Shown here one piece after another: positions 22,561-45,183 of a DNA stretch of 64,000 bases (positions are counted from its first letter, which is position 1; the number at the start of each line of letters is the position of its first letter). The DNA comes from the human T2T-CHM13v2.0 reference genome, Homo sapiens: NCBI RefSeq assembly GCF_009914755.1, contig NC_060934.1; one strand, written 5' to 3'. The translations under genes were made by a program, and so were the position numbers. The notes below the pieces were generated by a model that was not told the origin of the DNA, ran no database searches, and saw only the letters and a program-made list of their open reading frames with translations.

Positions 22561-22995
22561 TTAAACTTCAATACATCTATGATACGTGATAGAAAAAAAA
22601 ATATGCAACAATAGCCAGGAAAACACTACAAAGACAAAGCCCCACCTTGGGCAACATGGTAAAACCACATCTGTATAAAAAATACAAAAATTAACCAGGT
22701 GTTATGGCCTGTGCCTGTAGTCCCAGCTACTTGGGAGGCTGAGGTGGGAGGATTGCTTGAGTCAGAGAGGTCGGGGCTGCAGTGAGCCAAGATCCTGCCA
22801 CTGCACTCTAGACTGGGCAACAGAGTGACAGTCTGTCTCTAAAATAAATAAATAACTTTGTTAGGCTGAGGCGGGTGGGTCACTTGGGCTCTGGAATTCA
22901 AGACCAGGCTGGGTAACATGGCAAAACCCTGTCTCTAAAAAGAATACAAAAAATAAAAGATTAACTGGGCGTGGTAGCACTCGCCTGTAGACTCA

Positions 22996-23100
<105 letters not shown>

Positions 23101-24036
23101 TTAGGTGACAGAGCCAGGCCCCGTCTCAAAAATAAAATAAAAATCTATAAGATGTGTTAAAACTCACAAAAGTACATCAAAAAAGTTCAACTTTATTACA
23201 TGTAAATTAAATGATGATAATGACAATAATAATAAACCATACTGAGATACCATTTCTCACCTATCAGAATGGCAAAAATTTAGGAAGTAACAATTCACTC
23301 TGTTGATGAGGCTGTGAGGAAATAGTCACTCTCACACATTGCTGACAGGATTGCAAATTGATACAAACTTTATGAAGGGGAATTCTGCAACACCTGGGAA
23401 AACAAAATGTCCACTTATCTTTTCACCTAGTGATCACTCTTCTGGGAATTTATTCTGAAGATACAATCCAACAATATAAAAATACATACACAAAAGGTTA
23501 TTTAATGCAGCACTGTTGGTAATTACACAATTCTGGAAACTAAATGGCCATACATAGGAGAGTAGTTAAATAAACAATTGAACATCCACAAGATAGAGTA
23601 CTGTGCAATGCTAAAAAAAGAAAAGAATGAGGAATTTCTCTAAAGACAGTTACGATTTCCAGGATACATTTTTTTTTTTTTTGAGACGGAGTTTCGCTCC
23701 TGTTGCCCAGTCTGGAGTGGAATGGTATAATCTCGGCTCACTGCAACCTCTGTCTCCCTGGGTTCAAGCAATTCTCCTGCCTCAGCCTCCCAAGTAGCTG
23801 GGATTACAGGCATGTGTCACCACACCCAGCTAGTTTTTTGTATTTAATAGAGACAGGGTTTCACCATGTTGGTCAGGCTGGTCTTGAACTCCTGACCTCA
23901 GGTGATACACCCGCCTCGGCCTCCCAAAGTGCTGGGATTACAGGCGTGTGCCACCTCGCCTGGCCGATTTCCAGGATACATGGTTAAGTGAAAAAGAGCA
24001 ATTTAAAAAAGAGGATCTGTCGGGTGTGGTGGCTCA

Positions 24037-24417
<381 letters not shown>

Positions 24418-24420
24418 TCA

Positions 24421-24636
<216 letters not shown>

Positions 24637-24841
24637 TCAAAAAAAAAAAAAAAGAAAGAAAGAAAGGCCAGGCGTGGTGGCTCATGCCTGTAATCCCAGC
24701 ACTTTGGGAGGCTGAGGCGGGTGGATCATTTGAGGTCAGGAATTCGAGACCAGCCTGGCCAACGTGGTGAAACCCCGTCTCTACTAAAAATGCAAAAATT
24801 AGCTGGGCGTGGTGGTAGGTGCCTGTAATCCCAGCTACTCA

Positions 24842-24946
<105 letters not shown>

Positions 24947-24950
24947 TCAA

Positions 24951-24954
24951 AAAA

Positions 24955-24997
<43 letters not shown>
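24951..24997. repeat. (AAAT)n tetranucleotide repeat at an Alu tail
   Basis: Direct reading. Confidence 0.9.
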
Positions 24998-25482
24998 AAA
25001 GAAAAGAAAGAGAAAGAAGAAAATATACTGTACCTTATCTGCACATTTGAAAAAGAAACAGAAAGGATAAAAAGGTGTGGTTAGAATGGGGTGGAACAAA
25101 GGATAGAAGGAATGGGTATGACACTTCCCTGAATATACTTTTTTGCATAGTTCTGAATTTTATATTTAAAAATAAGATGGGAAACCTTCTAAAATTGAAC
25201 ACAGCCGGGCGTGGTGGCTCACGCCTGTAATCCCAGCACTTTGGGAGGCCGAGGCGGGCGGATCATGAGGTCAGGAGATCGAGACCATCCTGGCTAACAC
25301 AGTGACACCCCGTCTCTACTAAAAATACAAAAAATTAGCCAGGCGAAGTGGCGGGCACCTGTAGTCCCAGCTGCTCCAGAGGCTGAGGCAGGAGAATGGC
25401 GTGAACCCCAGGGGGGCGGAGCCTGCAGTGAGCCGAGATTGCGCCACTGCACTCCAGCTTGGGCAACAGCGAGACACCATCT

Positions 25483-25483
<1 letters not shown>

Positions 25484-25548
<65 letters not shown>
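25484..25548. repeat. Poly-A plus (TA)n compound repeat at an AluY tail
   Basis: Direct reading. Confidence 0.9.
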
Positions 25549-25552
<4 letters not shown>

Positions 25553-25693
25553 ACAAAGAGAAATAAATTAATCAAACCGTGCTTCAAATGATTAAGATAA
25601 CCACCGTGAAGGATGGGGTGGGGAAGAACTAACCCAAATTACTTTTCAGCATAGGATTTGGACTATATATCCATAGGCTAAACACAAAAAATA

Positions 25694-28213
<2,520 letters not shown>

Positions 28214-28446
28214 CATTCTAAAAATTATTGAATCTAATTAGTACACTTCTTTTTTAAAAGAGACATAGGTTAGCAATTCTGAAGCCACTTTCTCTACATC
28301 CTAGGATTGAGCAAGTAAGTAAATATGTTGTGAACAATGACAGAATTCTCACTATTGGAAAAGGGTGTCAAAAATACAGAAAAGGGAATGGATAGAATAA
28401 ATTCTGCTTTACTAGATTAGAATTGGAGACATTTAAGGTGAACTTA

Positions 28447-28686
<240 letters not shown>

Positions 28687-29053
28687 TCAAAACCCCATCT
28701 CTACAAAAAACACAAAAGTTAGCCAGGCATGGTGGCACATGCCTGTGGTCTCAGCTACCTGGGAGGCTGAGGTGGGAGGATCACCTGAGCCCAGGGAGGT
28801 CGAGGCTGCAGTGAGCCATGAATGTGCCACTGTACTCTAGCCTGGGACAATATAAAGGGAGTGTAGAATGTCTCATTGTGCTAGAAATTAAGAAGGAAGT
28901 GCTCAAACAATTATGTGGCCATGTCAAAGAAATACAGGAGCCAGTTTGAAGGAGATCCTAATGATCAAATTTGTGACAATATCAAAATAAAAATGTTGAT
29001 AGTAACTGTGTGAATAAATAAATAGGGAGACAGAAAATTATTATTTTTTTTGA

Positions 29054-29212
<159 letters not shown>

Positions 29213-29598
29213 TAGTAGCGATGGGGTTTCACCATGTTAGCCAGGCTATTCTCAAACTCCTGACATCAAGTGACCCCCACCCCGGCCTCAGCCTCCCAAA
29301 GTACAGGGATTACAGGCGTGAGCCACTGTGCCCAACCAAGAGATGGAAAATTTCTTCCTTCCATTAGAAAACCAACTAATAAGTGTAGGAGAAATGATGA
29401 AATTAGAAAAGCACCAATTGGTAACCATGGTATTAATAACTGACGCAAAAAAAAAAAATTCAGCAATGGATGCTAAAACTAGTGTGTGAAAGTGTGAGGG
29501 GTTATGCCGGGCGCAGTGGCTCACGCCTGTAATCCCAGCACTTTTGGAGGCCGAGGCAGGTGGATCACGAGGTCAGGAGTTTGAGACCAGCCTGGCTA

Positions 29599-30110
<512 letters not shown>

Positions 30111-30207
30111 TCAGGCCGGGCGCGGTGGCTCACGCCAGTAATCCCAGCACTTTGGGAGGCCGAGGCGGGCGGATCACGAGGTCAGGAGATCGAGACCATC
30201 CTGGCTA

Positions 30208-30454
<247 letters not shown>

Positions 30455-30955
30455 TCACACTCAGTATTTTATTTTATTTATTTATTTATTTATTTTTTTG
30501 AGCTGGAGTCTCGCTCTGTGGCCCAGGCTGGAGTGCAATGGCACAATCTCGGCTCACTGCAACCTTCATCTCAGCTCCTAAAGTGCTGGGATTACAGGCA
30601 TGAGCCGCCACCCCTATCCCTAGATTAGCTTTGCATTTCAGTCTCGGGATCACTTTTGAACATTATGCTTGCACTTTCTTAATCAAACATTTACAGAACA
30701 CCTTTTAAAGTGAAGTAGAAATAACCAATGGTTATTTATTACATACTAGGTATTGCATATGCATTACCTCATTTAATTCTCAAAACACTATGACGTAACT
30801 ACTATTATTTTTTTGTTAGAAATTGGGCAACTGGGGCCAGGCGTGGTGGCTCACGCCTGTAATCCCAGCACTGTGGGAGGCCGAGGCAGGTGGACCACCT
30901 AAGTTCGGGAGATCGAGACCAGCCTAACCAACATGGAGAAACCCTGTCTCTACTA

Positions 30956-31159
<204 letters not shown>

Positions 31160-31563
31160 TTAAGTAACTTGCTCCAGGTTATTCAGCCAGTAAGCAAGGT
31201 CAAGCCAGGTGGTCTGTGCCTGTAGTCTCAGCTACTTGGGAGGCTGAGGTGAGAGACTGCTTGAGCCCAGGAGTTCAAGGCCAGCCTAGGCAATATAGTA
31301 AGGCTTCAGATCTCTAATTAATAAAATAAAATATTTTTTAAAAGTAAGCAGGGTCAAAGGACGCTGGTAAGACCTCAAAACCAATAACTTGAACGGCTGT
31401 GCTAGATTTTCCCAATGTCTCAGGCTCACTTTTCTCGTCTGTACCTATTCCACAGAGTTACAAGGTTCCAATGAGATAAAATATGCAGGAGGGTTTTATA
31501 ACCTATGAAGCACATTGCAAAATGGCATATATGATTTTTTTTTTTTTTTTTTTTTTTTCCTGA

Positions 31564-31749
<186 letters not shown>

Positions 31750-31897
31750 TAGCTAGGCTGGTCTCGAACTCCTGACCTCGGGTGATCCACCCGCCTCGGC
31801 CTCCCAAAGTGCTGGGACTACAGGTATGTGCCACTGCGTGTGGCCATGATTTTTAAATATACAATTAAAATGGTTTATTTGTAATAACGGATAATAG

Positions 31898-32222
<325 letters not shown>

Positions 32223-32337
32223 TGAGCCACCGCACCTGGCGTTAAAAACTTTTTATTGAAATGTAATGTATACGGGCCAGGCGCAGTGGTTCACGCCTGT
32301 AATCCCAGCACTTTGGGAGGCTGAGGCCGGTGGATCA

Positions 32338-32655
<318 letters not shown>

Positions 32656-33149
32656 TCAGGTCAAAATGTAAAACTACCAGTATCTCGGAAGCCTCCCTCT
32701 GGCAAATGGTATATGTTTTTGAGTTAAATACGTGGATTCGAATGTTGACATTTGGACTTTCTTCTTGCCTCTGGTAAGTTATTTAACCTCTCTTGGTTTC
32801 AACTGAGCCATCTGCGGGGTGGGGATAATATTACCTCATAAGATTATTTAATTGTAGCAGGGCGTGGTGGCGCATGCCTGTAATCCTAGCTACTGGGGAG
32901 GCTGAGGCAGGAGAATCGCTTAACAGCCTGGGCGACAAGAGCGAAACTCCGTCTCAAAAAAAAAAAAAAGAAAAAAGAAAAAGATTATTGAATTGAAGGA
33001 GATCACATAATGTAAAACATCTATCATAATGCCTAAATATAGCTGGCCTGCAATAAATGGCAATTATTCTCAGGCAAATGTAATAGGTGGTCACCAATGC
33101 CCACTTCCTGCCTTTCTTTCGCTCGTTTTTGAAAGTTGCTCTCTTTCCT

Positions 33150-34100
33150 ATTCCGTTTCTCCTTCCTTTTCGCTCCTCCTACTGCCGTAAATGGCCTACT
33201 AGAGTTGTCGTGAAATGCTCCTCCCCGCCCTCCATGTGGCGAAAATACAATCACGCTTGACGGCGCGAGGTGGCTCAGCCGCAAGATGGCGGCGCTGGCG
33301 GAGGAGCAGACGGAGGTGGCGGTCAAGCTAGAGCCTGAGGGACCGCCAACGCTGCTACCTCCGCAGGCGGGGGACGGCGCAGGCGAGGGTAGCGGCGGCA
33401 CTACCAACAACGGCCCCAACGGCGGCGGCGGGAACGTTGCGGCGTCGTCGTCCACTGGCGGGGATGGCGGGACCCCCAAGCCCACGGTGGCTGTCTCCGC
33501 CGCTGCCCCGGCGGGGGCGGCCCCGGTGCCCGCCGCTGCTCCGGACGCCGGCGCTCCGCATGACCGACAGACTCTACTGGCCGTGCTGCAGTTCCTACGG
33601 CAGAGCAAACTCCGCGAGGCCGAAGAGGCGCTGCGCCGTGAGGCCGGGCTGCTGGAGGAGGCAGTGGCGGGCTCCGGAGCCCCGGGAGAGGTGGACAGCG
33701 CCGGCGCTGAGGTGACCAGCGCGCTTCTCAGCCGGGTGACCGCCTCGGCCCCTGGCCCTGCGGCCCCCGACCCTCCGGGCACTGGCGCTTCGGGGGCCAC
33801 GGTCGTCTCAGGTTCAGCCTCAGGTCCTGCGGCTCCGGGTAAAGGTGAGCCGTGGGGTCCCGGGTAGGTACGGCCGCCGCGAAGGGGAGCAAGCCGGTAA
33901 GGCAGGGGCTGGCAGGCCTGCACCTCTGCGGGCTTGTTTTGAATTTCCTGGGCCCGCCTCTAGGGCCACATGCCCGCCCCTTTCTCTAGTGCGCGGGCTG
34001 CGCAGTCAAACCCCCTTCCGAGCTGTCAGTTCCAGTGAGAAGCTGAGGAGAGCTGTTGAGCAGAGGGATGTATGGGGAAGGTGAGCGCGGAGAGGCGGGA
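33150..34100. promoter_or_regulatory. CpG island/promoter of TAF5
   Basis: GC/CpG-rich across exon 1; GC box CCCCGCCC near 33223; CAAGATGGCGGC (YY1/TISU) at 33282-33293. Confidence 0.8.
33286..33844 (+). CDS. TAF5: TAF5 exon 1 (N-terminus with VKLE SUMO consensus and LisH motif)
   Basis: MAALAEEQTEVAVKLEPEG... matches TFIID subunit 5; donor G|gtgagc; 559 nt. Confidence 0.97.
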
Positions 34101-34213
34101 TCTTCACGCTCTTGGTCCCTTTCCTTTCATTTGGGCTTTTGAGCCTTGGGCAGGTCCGCATGACACTAACAGTGTTTGTACAGTTTCGTACTAGCGTACT
34201 TTAAGTACTATAA

Positions 34214-34594
<381 letters not shown>

Positions 34595-34642
34595 TAACAG
34601 TCCTGCACATCATGTACCCCCTGAATCTCAGCTAAAAGTTGA

Positions 34643-34897
<255 letters not shown>

Positions 34898-35219
34898 TGA
34901 TGCACCCACCTCTGCGTCCCAAAGTGCTGGGATTACAGGCATGAGCCACCGCACCCGGCTGAAATTTTAAAAATATATATGGGCTGAGTACCACCAGTGT
35001 TAAGTCTTTGGAGGATGCAGGTTCCTGGGCATCACTTCAGACTTAGTGAATCAGGTCCTCTAGAGGTGGAATCTGGGAATCTTCACTTTTGAATAAGTGC
35101 TTCTAAGGAGTATTGACATATGGCAGCTTGAGAGCCATGTGTTTAGGCATGGGCATTGGACAGACCTTTTTGTCTTTGCTGCATTTACTTGTGTGATGCT
35201 GATTGTCATTATTTTTTTA

Positions 35220-35552
<333 letters not shown>

Positions 35553-35620
35553 TTAATATTGTCAGGAGGCAGGTCATTCTCATGTTGAATTTTCTCTCTC
35601 TATTAAATGAGTGGTTATGA

Positions 35621-35861
<241 letters not shown>

Positions 35862-37226
35862 TGATCCACCCGCCTTGGTCTCCCAAAGTGCTGGGATTAC
35901 AGGCGTGAGCCACCGTGCCCGGCCACTTGAGGCACTTATAATATCTATATGTAAAATGTTTGGTATGGATAAGTTTATGCCTCTGTGTATGTCCCTGAAA
36001 CCTGAGCCCCTCCTTTCTCCCAGCAACTGTTGTCACAAATCCATGCAGTAAAACTCATATACCGTATAAGGTATCAAAGGTGATCCTGAGCTAACAATAA
36101 ATGTTTATTGAATTACCCAGTGCAGAGCTTTTAGCCAAATTAGTCTGTATGAGGCCTAATTTTTGCAGCATTGCCAGAAATGAAGTATTCATACATAGCA
36201 TTGTATTCATACCTCATTGTAATCCGTAAATAGAAATGTGTGCAGATGTGATTGAAGGCCGGGCTCGGTGGCTCACGCCTGTAGTCCCAGCACTTTGGGA
36301 GGCCAAGGCGGGTGGGTCACTTGAGGTCAGGAGATCAAGACCAGCTTGGCCAGCATGGTGAAACCCCATCTCTACTAAAAATACAAAAAAATTAGCTGGG
36401 CGTGGTGGCATGTGCCTGTTGCCCCAGCTACTCAGGAGGCTGAGGCAGGTGAACCACTTTAACCCAGGCGGCAGAAGTTGCAGTGAGCTGAGATCAAGCC
36501 ATTGTGCTCTGGCACGGGTGACAGAGCAAAACTCCGTCTTTACAAAAAAAAAAAAAAAGAGAGAGGAATCTTTTTTGAATGTTGAATTTTGTGAATGAAC
36601 TATAAGATGAATTATATTGTTGGTTATTTTGCTGTAATCTCAGATCTCTTCAGAAACTTGACCTAATTATAGATCATAACTGAGAAATCAGTAAGGAGGA
36701 AAAGAGGCCATCAGAGTAACCAAAGAAATTATCACATTTCTGCAGTAAAGAGCAAAGTGTACTATAATGGCAACTTACAGAAATTTCCAACAACCAAATT
36801 CTGATTTAATTGACAGATTAATTGACTGATTTAATTGACAGATGTATTGTTAGGTGGTGCTGTATTACCAATAAATACTTACGTTTTCTGTTTTGAAGTG
36901 GTGGTTATGGAAATTGTCTTAAGCATATAACTATCTTTTGAAGATATAAATAAGGCATGGTCCTTCCCACCCTTAAGTACTTACATTTTGTAAGGGGTAA
37001 GAGATGTATATAATGTGAAGGGAACACAGGATAGGATATGTTACAAGAATGTTACACAGTGCTTGGGTGGCCCAGAGAGCTGGGAATGTTACTGCAGTGC
37101 ATGGCTTGGTCGTGGTGGGTGCCATTTGCACAGAGCATTGAGAGAAAGTTAATGTAGTTGTTTGATTTGCACATATCTTTTATACAATTTGTCTTTAACA
37201 TCAGGTAGTTCCAGGAGAAATACTGA

Positions 37227-37469
<243 letters not shown>

Positions 37470-37548
37470 TGATCTGCCCGCCTCAGCCTCTCAAAGTGCT
37501 GGGATTACAGGTGTGAGCCACCGTGTTGGCCTGTTATTGTTATCTTAA

Positions 37549-37837
<289 letters not shown>

Positions 37838-38655
37838 TAGCCAGGATGGCCTCGATCTCCTGACCTCGTGATCCACCTGTCTCAGCCTCCCAAAGTGCTG
37901 GGATTACAGGCGGGAGCCACCGCACCCGGCGGCTCATACTCGTAATCCCAGCACTTTGGGAGGCAGGTGGATCACTTGTGGTCAGGAGTTTGAGACTAGC
38001 CTGGCCGACATAGTGAAACCCCGTCTCTACTAAAAATACAAAAATTAGCTGGGCATAGTGGTGCATGCCTGTAATCCCAGCTACTTAGGAGGCTGAGGCA
38101 GGAGAATCGCTTGAACCCGAGATGGGGAGGTTGCAGTGAGCCGAGATTGTGCATTGCACTACAGCCTGGGCGACAAGAGTGAAACTCCATCTTAAAAAGA
38201 AAAAAAAAAAAGACTACGTGGGCCAGGTGTGGTGCCTCATGCCTGTAATTCCAACACTTTGGGAGGCCGAGGCGGGAGGATCACAAGGTCAAGATATCAA
38301 GACCATCCTGGCCAACATGGTGAAACCCTGTCTCTACTGAAAATATGAAAATTAGCTGGGCATGGTGGCACACGCTTGTAGTCCCAGCTACTTGGGAGGC
38401 CGAGGCAAGACACTCGCCTGCGAGGTGGAGGTTGCAGTGAGCCGAGATCTCCCCACCGCCCTCCAGCCTGGCGACAGAGCCAGACTCCCTCTCAAAAAAA
38501 AAAAAAAAAGATTATGTGATTGTGTTGAGGAAGAGACAGTGGGAAGAAAGAGACAACAGTCTGAGAAACAACTCACCTGTGGGCTTTAACAATACAGCCA
38601 TAGTCACATGGTCATAATAGGTCATTTTCTTAAAAGTTTTTTGTTTTTTAAATAG

Positions 38656-38893
38656 TTGGAAGTGTTGCTGTGGAAGACCAGCCAGATGTCAGTGCCGTGT
38701 TGTCAGCCTACAACCAACAAGGAGATCCCACAATGTATGAAGAATACTATAGTGGACTGAAACACTTCATTGAATGTTCCCTGGACTGCCATCGGGCAGA
38801 GTTGTCCCAACTTTTTTATCCTCTGTTTGTGCACATGTACTTGGAGCTAGTCTACAATCAACATGAGAATGAAGCAAAGTCATTCTTTGAGAA
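38656..38893 (+). CDS. TAF5: TAF5 exon 2 (NTD2 domain)
   Basis: tag/gtatgt; VGSVAVEDQPDV...ELSQLFYPLFVHMYLELV...FFEK; 238 nt. Confidence 0.97.
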
Positions 38894-40077
38894 GTATGTA
38901 AATTTTTACATATATATATATACACACATACGTAGTGTGTGTGTGTGCGTGCATATGTTTTCACATCTGTAACCACAAAAATGTAAGACTGCAACTTAAA
39001 AAGTACGTTGTGAAGGAGAGGTACCTGAGGCTATGAGAACTTAAAATGTGGGGTTTGATCTAGCTGGAGAAGTCAGAGAAGGCTTCCAGAGGAAATGATA
39101 CTTGAAGTGAGATTTGAGATCTGAAGATTAGGTAGGAGTTAACCAGATGAAGAGAAGAGGGAAAAGCATGTGTAAAAGCTCTCTGGTGGGAAGGATCCTG
39201 GTAGGTACAGAGGCTGAAAGATGGCCAGGGTAGCTGGAGCAGAGAATGGGATGGGGGTGTGGTATACTATGAAGCTGGGAATTGGTTAGGGACTGGAACA
39301 GTAGGCAGGTTCTATTGTTAAAGTGAAGGCATTGAAAAAAAAGGATAGGCAGGTTTTTGGGCCATGTTGAGGGTCTTTGTTTATCCTAAGAGCAGTAGGG
39401 AGTTGTATTGGATAGGATTAGATTTGGTTGAGAGTCACTGAAAACTCATCAACAATGGCATAAATAAAAGTTTATTTTTGCCTTTATCTTAAGAAAACTA
39501 GGAAGCAGTGTTAGGATTCGATTAGAATAAGAGTAACTGAGAACCCAAACAACAGAGGTTTAAATACAATAAAAGTTTGTTTATTTTTCTCGTAAATGTG
39601 GGACATTCGGGATTGGTGTGGTGGGTTCTTCATTACCAGGGCCCCAAGCTCCCTCGGTCTTGTTGCTCTCTCATGCTTTTCATGCAATTTCCACCTTGTG
39701 GCATAAGATGGTTTTCCTGCTCTAAGCAGTCACATCAGTGTGCCAGTCAGCAGGTAGGGCACACGGAAACTGCACACACTTCTTCCTTTTATATCTTAAC
39801 AGTCAGTGGCCACACCTAGCTACAAGGGAAATAAGAAATGTAGTCTTTACCTAAGTGTCTATGTGCCCAGCTGATATTCAGGTTTTCTTTTATGGAGGAA
39901 GACAGGAAAAATGGATATTTGGGGAGAGCGAAGCCTTTTTGCTACAGAGTCATTTCTGCTACAGAGTCATTAAAGGACCATGTCGTTATTAGATATATAC
40001 TTTGAAAGGACCTTTATGCAGTGGGGAAAACAAATGGGGGATAGAATGACTATAGGGACAAGTTTTGGAAGTTATTG

Positions 40078-40590
<513 letters not shown>

Positions 40591-41037
40591 CTAGGTTGTG
40601 GTGGAGGTGAAGAGAAGTAGACAAAGTCATGAGACACTTGATAGATTGGCTAGGGAGGTGAGGGAGATGGAGATATCATTGAAATCTCCAGTTTTCTGGC
40701 CGTTCTAGCTGGATAGGGGAGCCAATTCCTGACACAGAAAACCCTAGAAGAGGACTTGATTTGTCAGCCTTGGAATAATTTTGAGTTCTGATTTGAATAT
40801 GCCTTTGACTCATTTAAGAAATGTCAAGTTGATAGGTAGATGATATATGAGAGCTCAGAATAGAGGTAGGGACTAGAACTATTAATTGGAGTTGTGTGCA
40901 ATATTGATGGATATGGATGAGGTTGACTAGGGGAGAGTATGAAATAAGTCAGTCAGTGGGCTAGGCCCAAGGAGCTCCAAATTTAATGGCCAAGTAGAAG
41001 AGATACACAGGAAGAAAACCAGGGGAGGGCTGAGTTA

Positions 41038-41694
<657 letters not shown>

Positions 41695-43534
41695 TGAGAA
41701 ATGTTTAATACAAGCAACAGAGCCTGAAGTCAAGATTTATCACTTAACACAGGGTAGTAGTAATAGAGGAACAGTAGAACTTAGCACCCCTGGCTTCTAT
41801 GCCATTATAGTAAATTCATTATATTAGGATGCCTAATAGGAAGTATATAAGGCAAAATGTTCTGTAGCCAAGTGCTTTTGAAAAAAAAAAAAATAAGAAA
41901 GGCTGATGACAGAACTTCTACCCTAGAAGCTAATTTCTCTTTAAAGTACTGTCATCTAAACACTCCATCCTTGGCAACATAGATACTGTCACTTAAAAAA
42001 ACAAAAACATAGCCTGGGCAAAAGAACGAGATCCTGCTTCTACAAAAAGTAAACAAAAATTGAGCCGGGCATGGTGGCTCATGCCTGTAATCCCACACTT
42101 TGAGAAGCCAAGGCGGGCAGAATGCCTGAGCTCAGGAGTTCGAGACCATCCTGGCCAACATGGTGAAACCCCATCTCTACTCAAATACAAAAGATTAGCC
42201 AGCCATGGTGGCACGTGCCTGTAGTCCCAGCTGCTCAGGAGGCTGAAGCATGAGAATTGCTTGAGCCCTGGAGGTGGAGGTTGCAGCGAGCTGAGATCGC
42301 GTAAACAAAAATTAGTGGAGTATGGTGGCACAGCAGTCCTAGCTACTCGGGAGACTGAGGCAAGAGGAATCCCTGAACCCAGGAGTTTCAGGCTGCATTG
42401 AACCACTGCACTCCAGCTTAGGCTTCAGAGCAAGAACCTGTCTCTAAAAAAGAAGGAAAAACCTTTTTGCTCTTCCTGTCTCATGGTGTAGCTGTCTCCC
42501 CACATAGGAAGCTGGAACGTCATAGGGGATTCTCTGTCTTCCCATTATGGACAGTCTCACCCCTTGCCAGGACCCCATCACCACAGGAGGATAATGGGCA
42601 GTTACTGATATAAGAGGCTGAGATTTCTAATTTTATTCAAATCTTAGATCATATATTGATGAGTTGTAATGGGGTAACATAGTTAACAGTTTAGAAATCT
42701 GTTGACTATGTGCTTATCAGAGCTGGAGCCCTAATATGTTTAGTCATTGTTTTAAAAATGTTTTTGCATTGATTGCTGTTTTTAGTGAATGCCAAATATA
42801 TTGTCTTTAATTTTATTTTCTTAGGAAAATTAAGCGTTGTAAAAACAAAAGTACATTTAAGTTTACTAGTTGTTATCAAGGCTAAAGGCTTTATTTTATT
42901 GTCTTTGGTAATAGTTGTTGATACCAAACAATGAGTACTTCCACTTTGTTGTTTAGTGATCATATTAAAGTATTGATATTTTAAAAATGTCTGGTACATG
43001 TTTCCAATAAATATAGGAAATCATTAAAAATGATGGGTTTTATGAGAATGTTATATATTGATTATTGTTGAGATGCTGAGTACTGTGTACATTGAGTTCA
43101 TTATACTCTTTTTTATGCCTTTGAAATTTTCATAATAAAACTTTTAAAAGTGGGTTTTGAGAAACCATAACATTTAGTAAAGCAAGGGTTCTTATATTTT
43201 CAAATGTCTACCAGTTTCTTTTAAATGTCTCCATTCTAAAGAAACTGTCTACCAATGGTGGGTATATTATTTTTCACTTAGGATATTTAAGTTCTTTTCT
43301 TAAAATGTTTGTGATACATTTCATTAGAGAATTACATTTGTTCATTTTTAGAATAAATTCAGAAACTGAATTATAGTCATTTTGAAATGAGTTACTTCTT
43401 ATCCTACAGCTTAGTTCAGGATTATTTAGACTACTACATTGAAAATATTCTGGGATGGTTTATAAGTATATGGGGGAAAGGCAGATCCCTTAATGATTAC
43501 ATTGAAAAATGACTTTTTAAAATCACTGAAACAG

Positions 43535-43850
43535 GTTCCATGGAGATCAGGAATGTTATTACCAGGATGACCTACGAGTATTATCTAGTCTTACCAAAAA
43601 GGAACACATGAAAGGGAATGAGACCATGTTGGATTTTCGAACAAGTAAATTTGTTCTGCGTATTTCCCGTGACTCGTACCAACTCTTGAAGAGGCATCTT
43701 CAGGAGAAACAGAACAATCAGATATGGAACATAGTTCAGGAGCACCTCTACATTGACATCTTTGATGGGATGCCGCGTAGTAAGCAACAGATAGATGCGA
43801 TGGTGGGAAGTTTGGCAGGAGAGGCTAAACGAGAGGCAAACAAATCAAAG
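43535..43850 (+). CDS. TAF5: TAF5 exon 3
   Basis: cag/gtatgg; FHGDQECYYQDD...EAKREANKSK; 316 nt. Confidence 0.97.
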
Positions 43851-43976
43851 GTATGGGAATGAACCTAAGAACTCTATAATGCAGATTATGAAAAATTGTA
43901 GCATTTCCATCTACATAAGTTACACATTTTTCTTATAGCTAGCTTGGAAACAATTTTTTTCGTTTGTTTGTTTTGA

Positions 43977-44395
<419 letters not shown>

Positions 44396-44907
44396 TGAAT
44401 TTCAGAGGAAGGCCTTCCAGGGCTGGCATGAAGGCTCCACAGTGCCATCAAGGTCCCTGGCTCCTTCTGGTTTCTGATCCACCATCTTCAGAATGTGGCT
44501 TTCTTCTTTGTGCTCACAAATGGCTGTTGCAGTTTCAGCATTGCAGCTCCGTTCCAAGAAGGAAGAAGGGGGAGGACAAAAGGCATATCTCTGCTGAAGC
44601 TTTCCCTTTTTAATCAGGAAAACAATATTTTTTTGATACAACCATACCCAGTATACTTATATGGACATTCCTAGCTGAAAGGGAGCCTGGGAACAGAAAT
44701 GATTTAACTGAGCACATTGCTACTCCAATAAAATCAGGGTTCTGTTAGTAAGGAAAAAGGGGAGAATGGCTATTGGGTAGACAAATACAGAACCCTGCTT
44801 CAGAGTGTAAATTACTATTTTGTAATTGTGATTTATCCTATCAAGATGTAAAATGGGTATATTAATGAATAAATAATTTTAAAAATGTTGGCTCTTTTGA
44901 CTTGTAG

Positions 44908-45071
44908 GTATTTTTTGGTTTATTAAAAGAACCAGAAATTGAGGTACCTTTGGATGACGAGGATGAAGAGGGAGAAAATGAAGAAGGAAAACCTAAAAAG
45001 AAGAAGCCTAAAAAAGATAGTATTGGATCCAAAAGCAAAAAACAAGATCCCAATGCTCCACCTCAGAACAG
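44908..45071 (+). CDS. TAF5: TAF5 exon 4 (acidic stretch and KPKKKKPKK NLS-like segment)
   Basis: tag/gtgagg; VFFGLLKEPEIEVPLDDEDEEG...; 164 nt. Confidence 0.96.
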
Positions 45072-45183
45072 GTGAGGAAAAAACTTCAGGAACTTGTGTG
45101 TGGAGGTATAAGACAACATGTTATATAGAGTTCAAGTTTGTTAATAGTCAAAAGGTAATTTTGACTCTCTTTTTCTTTCACAG

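Noticed and set aside
33033-33923. 296-aa antisense ORF over TAF5 exon 1
   Set aside because: GC-rich shadow of the coding strand, low complexity, non-ATG start
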